Position numbers and translations under genes: made by a program
The notes under the pieces: model-generated
The model's input: only the letters and a program-made list of their open reading frames with translations
Told to the model about the DNA's origin: nothing
Databases searched by the model: none
Assembly (NCBI GenBank): GCA_050239825.1
Contig: JBFXGO010000001.1
Span: 73,478 to 137,477 of the forward strand
DNA from: a bacterium
GTDB taxonomy: Bacteria > Hydrothermota > 32-111
Direction of reading: 5' to 3'
Length of the DNA: 64,000 nucleotides
Shown: positions 48,085 to 56,976 of the stretch, one piece after another
How the letters are laid out: every line of letters begins with the position of its first letter
Numbering within the stretch: position 1 is the first letter of the stretch

Positions 48085-49956
48085 ATGAAAAAACTTTGTT
48101 TGATTTTATTGCTTATAACAGCATACAGTTTATCGGGGGATGTTGTATTTGCAGTGTATATGGCTACGGACAACAGCATGTACTCTGCCTACTGCCAAAA
48201 TATTGAGCAGATGAAACTTGGTTCGGCAACCGTTGAAAATACCAAAATACATGTTTTTGCGGACACGCCTCTGGAATCATACAAATTCATAATCCATGAT
48301 TCTCTGATAGATACTGTGAGTGTTGTCTCCAATGTCAATTCAGGAGACCCTAAAGTAATATCTGATTTTTTTTCCGATGTATTCGTCAGGTATCCGAATG
48401 ATATAAAAATAGCGGTAATATGGGACCATGGAAACGGCTGGTATAATTTTAAATCATCAAAATCAGTTCTTTTTGACAGCAATCCGGATGATTTCATCTC
48501 AGTCACTGAAGGTGAGCTTAGAGAGATATTTTACAAAATAATGAATAGAGTGTCTGAGAGAACCGACATTGTTGTTTTTGACGCCTGTAAAATGCAGACC
48601 CTTGAAGTTGCTTATGAGTTAACGGGTCTTGTAGATTATATAGTCGCCTCCGAGGATTCTGTTCCTTATTTAGGAATGCCTTATGCAGATGTTCTAAAGG
48701 CGGTTGATTCATCAAAAAGCTCTGAAGACGCCGGTAGAAGAATGTGCGAAGAGTACTATTCCCACTATGAGAGCCTTGATGCGCATCCTGTAATATCTCT
48801 GATGAAGCTCAGCTCTCTTGAGGATGAATTGAAAGGCATATCATTTGAAGAGAGGGAATCATTCACTGAAATTGATTCAATTGATGTCTCTGTCTCTCTT
48901 CAGAAAAGCATTATACTCAACAAATCATACAGCGATAAGTTCAAGGGGGCAAAGCTCTTTTATCCTGTTTATTTTGAAATGCTGAATGAGCTCTACCCTG
49001 AATACATAAAACTGAAATTAGACATAGATTTCGACATAGTAAGAAAAGAGTTTATCTGGCACGCTATGCCGGATACATTCAAACCCCTGCCTGTTGAAAC
49101 CTGCACGCTTTTATTTATAGGCAATGAAAATTACAGGGTGTTTTTTAATGAATCTTTTGATTTTTCAAAGATAGCGGAATACAACTTTCGCCATTCTGCC
49201 GACTTCTCCAAGAGAAACGAGAATTTTAATTCACTGCCTCCCGAAGTCTCCGGAACAGTAATCCTCTCCGACTTTCAGCCTAATTCAAAACCATACTCTC
49301 TCTATGCAAAATCTCTTACAATGAACATGGAAATGAGCAGTGAAAGTAATTTGGTGGAGTTTTACCTGAGAGGCATCTTTGCTGAGAATCCATTCACAGT
49401 AAAAAATAACGGAGAAGTCATCTACTCCAATAACAGGTACACTCCTTTATGGAAACCTGTGAGATTTCTTGCTGAAAAAGGAGTGTTGACATTTGAATTC
49501 AATACAACAGAATCACCATCTCAGGATTACCTTTATCTGGATGATCTGTCAATATACGGATTCACATCACTCAATACGACAGTCCTAAAAGACACAACGG
49601 GTATATGCCATAAGATGTTTTCAGGAGAGAATACAGTCTTTGTCACCGCTGTCGATGAATTCGGAAATGTATCGGACATAGGCGAAATATTTGCTTTTGC
49701 TATTATAGACAGCGTAAAAGCAGTCATCTATCCAAATCCTGCAAAAGACCGCTTCAAAATAAAAACAGAGTATGAGGGAGATTACATACTTAAAATATTC
49801 ACAGCTTCAGGCGGTCTTGCGGCTGAATTTGAAGGAAGGCAGACGAATAGAGAAATAAATGTTGAGCTTGAAAATCCTCTAAAGCCCGGCATCTACTTCT
49901 ATGTTTTGATTATAGGTGGAAAATCAATGAAAGGGAAAATCGGCATCATAAAATGA
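48085..49956 (+). CDS. Clostripain-family (C11) peptidase with T9SS-type C-terminal domain
   Basis: VYMATDN, NSGDP, WDHGNGW (catalytic His), FDACKMQ (catalytic Cys), VASE; C-terminal IYPNPA..PGIYFY..GKIGIIK. Confidence 0.85.
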   Translation: MKKLCLILLLITAYSLSGDVVFAVYMATDNSMYSAYCQNIEQMKLGSATVENTKIHVFADTPLESYKFIIHDSLIDTVSVVSNVNSGDPKVISDFFSDVFVRYPNDIKIAVIWDHGNGWYNFKSSKSVLFDSNPDDFISVTEGELREIFYKIMNRVSERTDIVVFDACKMQTLEVAYELTGLVDYIVASEDSVPYLGMPYADVLKAVDSSKSSEDAGRRMCEEYYSHYESLDAHPVISLMKLSSLEDELKGISFEERESFTEIDSIDVSVSLQKSIILNKSYSDKFKGAKLFYPVYFEMLNELYPEYIKLKLDIDFDIVRKEFIWHAMPDTFKPLPVETCTLLFIGNENYRVFFNESFDFSKIAEYNFRHSADFSKRNENFNSLPPEVSGTVILSDFQPNSKPYSLYAKSLTMNMEMSSESNLVEFYLRGIFAENPFTVKNNGEVIYSNNRYTPLWKPVRFLAEKGVLTFEFNTTESPSQDYLYLDDLSIYGFTSLNTTVLKDTTGICHKMFSGENTVFVTAVDEFGNVSDIGEIFAFAIIDSVKAVIYPNPAKDRFKIKTEYEGDYILKIFTASGGLAAEFEGRQTNREINVELENPLKPGIYFYVLIIGGKSMKGKIGIIK

Positions 49957-50816
49957 TAAGTGCAATAATAATAAATTATAACGGAAAGAGATTTGTTGAC
50001 AAACTTGCAGATTCTTTGAATTCGCAGTCATCTCCTTATGATGAAGTTGTGATTGTTGACAACAACAGCACGGACGGAAGCGGAGAACTGCTCTTCAAGG
50101 AACTTCGAAATTGCGTTCTCTTGAAAATGAGTGTCAATAAGGGCTTTGCCTCTGCGGTCAATTTGGCGGTAAATCAATGCTCTGGAGAAAACATAATGCT
50201 TCTGAACAATGACCTTTACATTGATGTCTGCTTCATAGAGAGAGCGTTGAAAAATATTGATGAAAATGATAAAACATTCTTCGCCCCTTTGGTGATGGAT
50301 TACAGCGGAGAGAGAATAGATTCTGCCGGAGATGAAATATCTGCCGGATTCAGGCCAGTAAAAAGATTTTCCGGGCAGAAGAGAGAAAACATCAAGAGAG
50401 AGATGGTTAAGGGATTTTCAATGTCAGCCGCCTATTTCAGAAAGAAAGATTTTATCTCTCTTTGCGGTCTTGATGAGAAATTCTTCATGTATTTTGAGGA
50501 TGTTGATTTTTCAATAAGGGCATCTCAGAGAGGTTATACCATTCTGTTTACTCCCGAGTGCGTCGCTTATCACTATGTCTCCGCGGGCACAAAGAGCATA
50601 GGCAAGGGACTCTACTCTCCACAAAAAACATATTGGGAGGCAAGAAACCGAGTGTGGGCTTTCTTTAAATCATCTTATGCAAAGAATCCGCTTAAAGTAA
50701 TGGAATTCATTTTTGGAACAGCTTCATCAATGAGGTTTCATGCAGTCAAATCAAAGTATATTCTGGAATACATGGAAGGTCTTATTGCCTCATTGAATCC
50801 TGGAAGAAGAAAATGA
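49953..50816 (+). CDS. Glycosyltransferase family 2 (WbbL-like)
   Basis: IIINYNG, VDNNSTDGS, NKGFASAVN, LLNND and DEKFFMYFEDVD motifs. Confidence 0.92.
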   Translation: MISAIIINYNGKRFVDKLADSLNSQSSPYDEVVIVDNNSTDGSGELLFKELRNCVLLKMSVNKGFASAVNLAVNQCSGENIMLLNNDLYIDVCFIERALKNIDENDKTFFAPLVMDYSGERIDSAGDEISAGFRPVKRFSGQKRENIKREMVKGFSMSAAYFRKKDFISLCGLDEKFFMYFEDVDFSIRASQRGYTILFTPECVAYHYVSAGTKSIGKGLYSPQKTYWEARNRVWAFFKSSYAKNPLKVMEFIFGTASSMRFHAVKSKYILEYMEGLIASLNPGRRK

Positions 50817-51619
50817 AATATTCCATTATAGTGCCATTTTACTCTCACCCTATAGATTCTGTTTTGGCAGTTGCAGAGGGAAGAAACGATACTGAGGTCA
50901 TAATCTCCTTAACCGGAGAGAAAGAACTAAATTCACAATCATCGATGCTGATAATAGTGCAGTGCAGAGGTTGTGGTTATGGGGAAGCTGTAAACAGAGC
51001 AGTTGAGATATCAAGAGGAGATGTTCTGATAGTGATGAATGATGACATAATACTCGAAAATGATTTCATAGACAAGATTGATGTTCTTGACTTTGATATT
51101 CTCATTCCGCATGTGATTGACATTAAGAGCGGAAATACCGAATCATACTATGCAGTTTTAAATTCTTTTTGGTATTCCAAATTAAGAACCAAAATATCAA
51201 ATAAGGATGATAAATACATTCCCGGGTCGATTTTTGCTGTTAAGAGAGAAATTTTCATGAAGAGCGGAATGTTTGACAAAGATTATTTTATGTACTATGA
51301 GGACATTGATTTATCAAAGAGAATTAAGAAAACAGCAAAGGTTTCTCTCGCTCCCGAAATAAAGGCATTTCACAAACACTCATTCTCGGACGGAGGAATG
51401 AAAAGATACTATCTGCAGAGAAACCGGCTTCTGATGATATTGAAAAATTGCGCATCATGGATGCTCATACCTTTTGTCTTATATGCGATGACTTTTGAGA
51501 ATCTGATAATGGTTGTTCAGATTGTAAGGCAAAAAAATCTTCTTCCGCTTAAAGCAAGGTATGACTTTTTCAGAATGTTCCCCAAGTTTTTCAGGAAGAG
51601 ACATGAAAATACTCGTTGA
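50813..51619 (+). CDS. Glycosyltransferase family 2
   Basis: YSIIVP, GYGEAVN, VMNDD and FDKDYFMYYEDID motifs. Confidence 0.88.
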   Translation: MKYSIIVPFYSHPIDSVLAVAEGRNDTEVIISLTGEKELNSQSSMLIIVQCRGCGYGEAVNRAVEISRGDVLIVMNDDIILENDFIDKIDVLDFDILIPHVIDIKSGNTESYYAVLNSFWYSKLRTKISNKDDKYIPGSIFAVKREIFMKSGMFDKDYFMYYEDIDLSKRIKKTAKVSLAPEIKAFHKHSFSDGGMKRYYLQRNRLLMILKNCASWMLIPFVLYAMTFENLIMVVQIVRQKNLLPLKARYDFFRMFPKFFRKRHENTR

Positions 51620-52634
51620 TGGAGCGACTCTCTCAAAGGGCGGCGGAGTGGCAGTATATTTGGAGAACATATTGAAAAATTTTACTGAGAGGAATATTAT
51701 TATTCTTCTTGTGAGAGAAGAAAAGGATGGCTTGAAGTTTAAAGACAAGAAGAATGTTGAGTGCAGGAGAATGCCTTTTTACAATCTTTTAACGAGACTC
51801 TTTTATGAGCACCTTCTGATTCCTCTCTATGCATTTGTTAGAGGTGCGGATGCGATTTTTCTTCCTAAACAGTATGCGCCTCTTTTAAGAACAGTCAAGA
51901 TAATAACCACAATACATGATTTCATACCCGATAAGAAGGAGAGCGGTGAAAATCTTATAACCCGCATCTATTGGTCATTGCAGTATAATTTAATCAGCTT
52001 AAAGAGCGATGCTATAATATTTCCTGCAAGAACGGTGATTGATGAATACAGAAATAGATTCAAAAACTTGAACAGCAAAAAGCATGTTTTCATACCTGAC
52101 GGTTTTGATAATTATGAGAAGAGAGCGGAGCAGAAGAAGATGTATATTTTGATACCTTCAACAATAAAGAAGAGAAAAAACATAGAGATTTCATTGAAAC
52201 TTGCAAATAGGATAAAAGAGGATTACAGTGACAAAGAGATTGTGATAACGGGAAGAGTGGATTCAATGGATATTATGGAGAAACTGAAAAAAGAGTGCGT
52301 TAAATGCACTCTGCTTGGATACGTGTCAAAGGAGAAAATGGAGGAGCTGTTCAATGACGCCTTTGTGATTCTTTATCTCTCTGAGCAAGAGGGATACGGA
52401 CTTCCAATTGCGGAAGCGATATCTTTGGGCAAATATGTAGTTGCGGCGGAGACAGCTTTGAATAAGAGTATTTACGGGGATTTACCGATTTACTATAATC
52501 TTTCAGAGAGTCTTGATAAAAATTACGAAAAAATAATGAAAAAACTAAAGGAAGGCATTAAATATGAAGAAAAGACAAGAACCTGGAAAGAAGCAGGAAG
52601 AGAGACGGAAATTTTCATTGAATCTCTTATCTGA
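51603..52634 (+). CDS. Glycosyltransferase family 4 (GT-B)
   Basis: MKILVDG..GGVAVY, TIHD, KRKN and EGYGLPIAEA motifs. Confidence 0.9.
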   Translation: MKILVDGATLSKGGGVAVYLENILKNFTERNIIILLVREEKDGLKFKDKKNVECRRMPFYNLLTRLFYEHLLIPLYAFVRGADAIFLPKQYAPLLRTVKIITTIHDFIPDKKESGENLITRIYWSLQYNLISLKSDAIIFPARTVIDEYRNRFKNLNSKKHVFIPDGFDNYEKRAEQKKMYILIPSTIKKRKNIEISLKLANRIKEDYSDKEIVITGRVDSMDIMEKLKKECVKCTLLGYVSKEKMEELFNDAFVILYLSEQEGYGLPIAEAISLGKYVVAAETALNKSIYGDLPIYYNLSESLDKNYEKIMKKLKEGIKYEEKTRTWKEAGRETEIFIESLI

Positions 52635-54339
52635 CAAGAGATTCCTCCTTCTGCTCGCCGTTCTTTCTCTGTTATCGGTTCTGCCTCTTTTAACGACCTT
52701 AAACTATCCCTTCCAGTTCGATGATTATCCCACAATATTTGAAGACCCCAATGTTGACAGTTTTAATGATATTTTTTCTCTGAAACTCTCCGAAAGGCCG
52801 ATAAGGAAGATATCAATAATATTCGACAGAATGCTCTTCAAAGATAATGTATCTCTTTACAGAGGAGAGAATATCCTGCTTTATTTTATTACCATACTGC
52901 TGACCGCTCTTCTTGTTTACAGGATGACGAAGGATAGAGCTTTTGTCGTCTTAACTCTCTTCATCTTCGCTTTTCATCCCGTGCACATGGAAAATGTGCT
53001 GATAATAACGCACAGAAAGGAACTCTTTCTTTACATATTCTCAATGCTCTCTTTCTATGCCCATATTGAGAAAAAGAACATCTTGTCTGTTGTTTTCTTT
53101 TTTCTTGCGCTCTTCTCAAAGGAGGTCGCAGTTGTTCTTCCCTTGATATATTTTCTCTACGACAGATTGTTTAAAGTGCAGATAAACAAAAAACTCTACT
53201 ATGTGTATTCCGGAATATATCTAACTGGAATAATATCTGTAACACTTCTCTCGGATTTGACAGGTTTTTACCTGCCGTCTTTGACAAATATGAAGGAGTA
53301 TTTCAGTGTCAACAGGATGCTGAGAAATGCGGATTATTTTGATATCATTAAGATTCAGCCGATACTTTTTGTGCAGTATATCAAAAACCTTATTGTTCCA
53401 TTCAATCTCAATGTAGATTACTATATCCCAGTCACAGAAGACATAAATTTGAAGTGGGCAGTCATGACCATTCTCTCTGCTGCATTTTTTGCGGGATTGT
53501 ATTTTGCCAGAAAAAACAAGATACTTTTGTTCTCAATGCTCTTTTTTGTCATATCTTATGCGCCTCTCTCAAATTTCATACCCGTACTAAATCTCTTTGC
53601 CGACAGGTATCTCTTTTTCCCCTCCTTTGCTTTAATTCTGTCTCTTTTTGTTGTCTTTAAAAATCTTGGCAGATACAGGTACGTTATCTATCTTCTTGCT
53701 CTTTACTATCTTGTCGTCTCTCTCTCCTACATTCCTTTTTTCAAAAGCGAGAAGAGCTTATGGGAGTATGTGGTGTCAAAGAATGGGAAATCCGTTGTAG
53801 GGCTGAACAATCTCGGTCTTTTCTCTTTAAAAGAGGGTGATTTTGACAATGCAGAGAAGTATCTCATAAAGGCGGTGGAGACGGATTCTATGTACGGAAA
53901 TGCATACATCAATTTGGGAACCCTATACGCACAGAGAAGGGATTTTCGAAAAGCACTTATCTTTCTTGAAAAGGCAAACGAAGTAGAGCCTGACAATGTG
54001 AAGGCGCTGTACAATCTCGGCCTCACATATATGAATTTGGGAATGGCTCAGAAGGCTCAGGAGACAATGAAGAATATAATTAGAATATCTCCTGAATCCT
54101 CTCTTGCTTACAACAATCTCGGTGCGTCCCATTTTGAAGAGGGAGTTATGTACGAGAGCGCCATGAAGCTATTTTACACAACAATGTGCTATGGACTCTT
54201 TCCGTTTTTTATTGAGAATGCTCTTGAAAGTTATATTACTGCAAAGGGGTATTTTGAAGAGGGATTAAAGATGGACAAGTCCTATGAAAAACTCAAACAG
54301 AATGTTGAAAGGATAAATAAGAAAGTGCGCGGAGAGTAG
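52564..54339 (+). CDS. TMTC-like (GT-C) protein O-mannosyltransferase homologue with TPRs
   Basis: FQFDD, RP, HPVHMENV..HRKE, LFSKE and ADRYLFFP motifs; many TMs; C-terminal TPRs. The start is uncertain. Confidence 0.85.
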   Translation: MKKRQEPGKKQEERRKFSLNLLSDKRFLLLLAVLSLLSVLPLLTTLNYPFQFDDYPTIFEDPNVDSFNDIFSLKLSERPIRKISIIFDRMLFKDNVSLYRGENILLYFITILLTALLVYRMTKDRAFVVLTLFIFAFHPVHMENVLIITHRKELFLYIFSMLSFYAHIEKKNILSVVFFFLALFSKEVAVVLPLIYFLYDRLFKVQINKKLYYVYSGIYLTGIISVTLLSDLTGFYLPSLTNMKEYFSVNRMLRNADYFDIIKIQPILFVQYIKNLIVPFNLNVDYYIPVTEDINLKWAVMTILSAAFFAGLYFARKNKILLFSMLFFVISYAPLSNFIPVLNLFADRYLFFPSFALILSLFVVFKNLGRYRYVIYLLALYYLVVSLSYIPFFKSEKSLWEYVVSKNGKSVVGLNNLGLFSLKEGDFDNAEKYLIKAVETDSMYGNAYINLGTLYAQRRDFRKALIFLEKANEVEPDNVKALYNLGLTYMNLGMAQKAQETMKNIIRISPESSLAYNNLGASHFEEGVMYESAMKLFYTTMCYGLFPFFIENALESYITAKGYFEEGLKMDKSYEKLKQNVERINKKVRGE

Positions 54340-54351
54340 AACCCTCCGCGC
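54327..54351. terminator. Hairpin between convergent genes
   Basis: gcgcggag...ctccgcgc inverted repeat with an A-rich flank. Confidence 0.55.
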
Positions 54352-54371
54352 TAATAAAAGAAAAAGTTGTA

Positions 54372-54860
54372 TTACTTTATTGCAATTACACCGAAATCAA
54401 ATGATTCAGAACAGGTTTTGTTGTATCCGTAGTTGTCCTTTCCGTGAAGAAAGACTCTCAGAGTGACTCCTTCCCAATCATTTTCAACCATTTTATCCCA
54501 AACTTCATCAGGCAGAGGAAAAGGAAGATTTTCAATAGTGGCTGTACCTACAACTATAGAATCTCCGACTGACTTGTTGGCGGGTAAAAGAATATTCATG
54601 GACATAAAAGTGTCGGTTGGGGAATCATATATAATAATGCCATTTTTGATATATTGATAAGTTGATCTGTAAATGACTGTCTCAACTGCCGCATTATTCT
54701 GAATTTCCAACTCGTCAATAATTACAAAAGAAGTGTCTGAACCGACAGCATAGCCATTATTACTTAACCATGTAACAGAAAAATCCGGATTTGGTGTTAT
54801 TGTCGAACATGATGCGACAAATAATGCCAAAAGAACGATAATTAACATTCTGAATTTCAT
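54372..54860 (-). CDS. Hypothetical lipoprotein
   Basis: GGAGG RBS and lipobox VASC. Confidence 0.75.
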   Translation of the reverse strand: MKFRMLIIVLLALFVASCSTITPNPDFSVTWLSNNGYAVGSDTSFVIIDELEIQNNAAVETVIYRSTYQYIKNGIIIYDSPTDTFMSMNILLPANKSVGDSIVVGTATIENLPFPLPDEVWDKMVENDWEGVTLRVFLHGKDNYGYNKTCSESFDFGVIAIK

Positions 54861-54919
54861 CAAAACCTCCTTAAATTTAATATAAATATCATAATATCAA
54901 AATCTTTAAAAGTCAATAT

Positions 54920-55447
54920 CTACGGTTTGACCAGTAAAAACGGTTTCCTAACAGGCAGAGACGAATACTCATCTCCCATCTCATCCGTGTATCTGACCTG
55001 AACTTCAAGAATGCCTCTTCCGACATTGTCATGCACTCCGTCGGAGACATCAATGTCATATGCTGTGTTTTCGGCTACAATGATTTCAAGTGAAGGCTGG
55101 ATATCAATTGTGTCCGACTCAGTTATCTCGAGGGGGATTTGAAATTCATATGAACCATCCTCAATCTCATTATTATCCACTATGAGAGAGTAGTCAATCC
55201 TGTAAATGTATGCATTCTTCTCCTTGATTTCAGTTGCTTCTGTGGAAAGGTAGTAGGTGTCTGCTCCGATATCCATCCAATTGTAATTTTCCCACCCGTC
55301 AGCATCAGTATCAGGAACGGAGAATGTTATTTCAAACGTATCTTCAATAATTTTGACTATGGGTTGGTCTGTGTAAATAGGAACGGGTCCTATAGAACAT
55401 GAAGCAAGGAAGAGAACTATTGTTGAAAGCAAATATATTTTTTTCAT
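54920..55447 (-). CDS. Hypothetical acidic lipoprotein (paralog family)
   Basis: Lipobox LASC; YDIDVSDGVHDNVGRG; ends VKP. Confidence 0.8.
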   Translation of the reverse strand: MKKIYLLSTIVLFLASCSIGPVPIYTDQPIVKIIEDTFEITFSVPDTDADGWENYNWMDIGADTYYLSTEATEIKEKNAYIYRIDYSLIVDNNEIEDGSYEFQIPLEITESDTIDIQPSLEIIVAENTAYDIDVSDGVHDNVGRGILEVQVRYTDEMGDEYSSLPVRKPFLLVKP

Positions 55448-55456
55448 TATTTCCTC

Positions 55457-55963
55457 CTATGGTTTTACGGCAATGACATCTCTATAAAAAGAGCGCGAAG
55501 TGAAGGTGACTCCGTTGTTGTCATAGAATTTCACATTTATTTCGGCAATGCCGTAAGCCACTCCGTCTTCAGCCCCGTCCTCTTCATCAAGGTCATTCGC
55601 ATAATGTCCGTTCAAAAAGAAGAGAATCTTAAGAGTATCTTCAGTATTAGCCTTCAATTCCTGAGGAGCTGTGAATATTTTTGTAAAATGCTCTCTCGTG
55701 TTGCCGTTATAATCGCTTATGCTCCAAGATACTTCTGTGATAAATGCGTCAATGCCCTCTGTCTCAGTAAATATAACATCAAGATTTATTGAATCCTCAT
55801 CTTCCCAGTTCCAAATGTCATCCTCTCCCGGATCAATAGAGAATTCAAGCGTGTCGGAAAGAGAAATCTCAATCACCGGTTGATAGTATTTTATTGCTGT
55901 CGGAGACATGTAGCATGAAGTGAGGATAATGATAAATAGAATTACTGTGAATATTTTTTTCAT
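55457..55963 (-). CDS. Hypothetical acidic lipoprotein (paralog family)
   Basis: Lipobox LTSC; NDLDEEDGAEDGVAYG; ends VKP. Confidence 0.8.
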   Translation of the reverse strand: MKKIFTVILFIIILTSCYMSPTAIKYYQPVIEISLSDTLEFSIDPGEDDIWNWEDEDSINLDVIFTETEGIDAFITEVSWSISDYNGNTREHFTKIFTAPQELKANTEDTLKILFFLNGHYANDLDEEDGAEDGVAYGIAEINVKFYDNNGVTFTSRSFYRDVIAVKP

Positions 55964-55976
55964 TTTAGCCACCTCT

Positions 55977-56486
55977 CTACGGTTTGATTACCTTTACAGG
56001 CAGATAGAAGGGAAGGGATTCAAATTTATTTGCCCTCTCATCATAGTAAACAATCTTAATGATGATTACTCCGCTTCCGACATTGTCCTGAATACCGTCT
56101 GAAATGTCTATGTCGTAAGCATCGTGCTCCTCTATCACAAGCGGTATTTCAATTGAATCAGATGCGCTCTTTTTGAGCTCGAGCGGAGAGAGAAGTACAA
56201 TGTTGCCTCCATTGACATTGCCGTCCAGTTCAGTGACAATGTTCCATTCAATGTCTGTAATGTATGCGGCGACATCCTTTATCTCCTTAAGAACTATTGA
56301 AAATTTCAGCGAATCTACTCCATCGCCGGCCCACCAGCCGTCAGGCTCAAGGTCATCAACATAGAATGACTGTTCCGTTGTGTCAGCTTCGATTTTCACC
56401 ACCGGCTGATATGTATAGACATATACAGGCCCCATGGTGCATGAAGCAAGAAGAAGTGTCAAAACAACAATACATATAAATTTCAT
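55977..56486 (-). CDS. Hypothetical acidic lipoprotein (paralog family)
   Basis: Lipobox LASC; YDIDISDGIQDNVGSG; ends IKP. Confidence 0.8.
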   Translation of the reverse strand: MKFICIVVLTLLLASCTMGPVYVYTYQPVVKIEADTTEQSFYVDDLEPDGWWAGDGVDSLKFSIVLKEIKDVAAYITDIEWNIVTELDGNVNGGNIVLLSPLELKKSASDSIEIPLVIEEHDAYDIDISDGIQDNVGSGVIIIKIVYYDERANKFESLPFYLPVKVIKP

Positions 56487-56602
56487 TCAACCTCCTTTCA
56501 GATTAAATAAACTATATAATCAATTCATATTGATGTCAATATGATAATTGATTTTTCAATCTATATTATGTTATAATTATAAAAATTGAATAAGGAGAAA
56601 AG

Positions 56603-56938
56603 ATGATAAAAAATTTTATTAAGGAGAGTGATTTTGGACTTACAATATGCGACAAAGAGGGCGTAATAATTTATATGAATGACAAGGCTAAAATAATATT
56701 TAGAAATTATGGAGATGATCTTATAGGAAAGTCGCTCTTTGACTGCCATCCCGAACCAGCAAAAAGCAAACTCAGGGAGATGCTTAAAAGCGAGACAAAA
56801 AATGTCTATACAATAGAGAAGAACGGGATAAAGAAAATGATTTATCAGATGCCTCTCTATGAAAGCGGAGCATACGCCGGGTTCTATGAACTTTCCCTCG
56901 AAATCCCTATGAACATGCCCCATTTCAAAAGAGACTGA
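56603..56938 (+). CDS. Stand-alone PAS domain protein
   Basis: LTICDKEGVIIYMN, LIGKSLFDCHP and NVYTIEKNG motifs; AGGAG RBS. Confidence 0.88.
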   Translation: MIKNFIKESDFGLTICDKEGVIIYMNDKAKIIFRNYGDDLIGKSLFDCHPEPAKSKLREMLKSETKNVYTIEKNGIKKMIYQMPLYESGAYAGFYELSLEIPMNMPHFKRD

Positions 56939-56976
56939 CATAAATCCATCAGCTTAATATCTCACTATTTCAGTTA

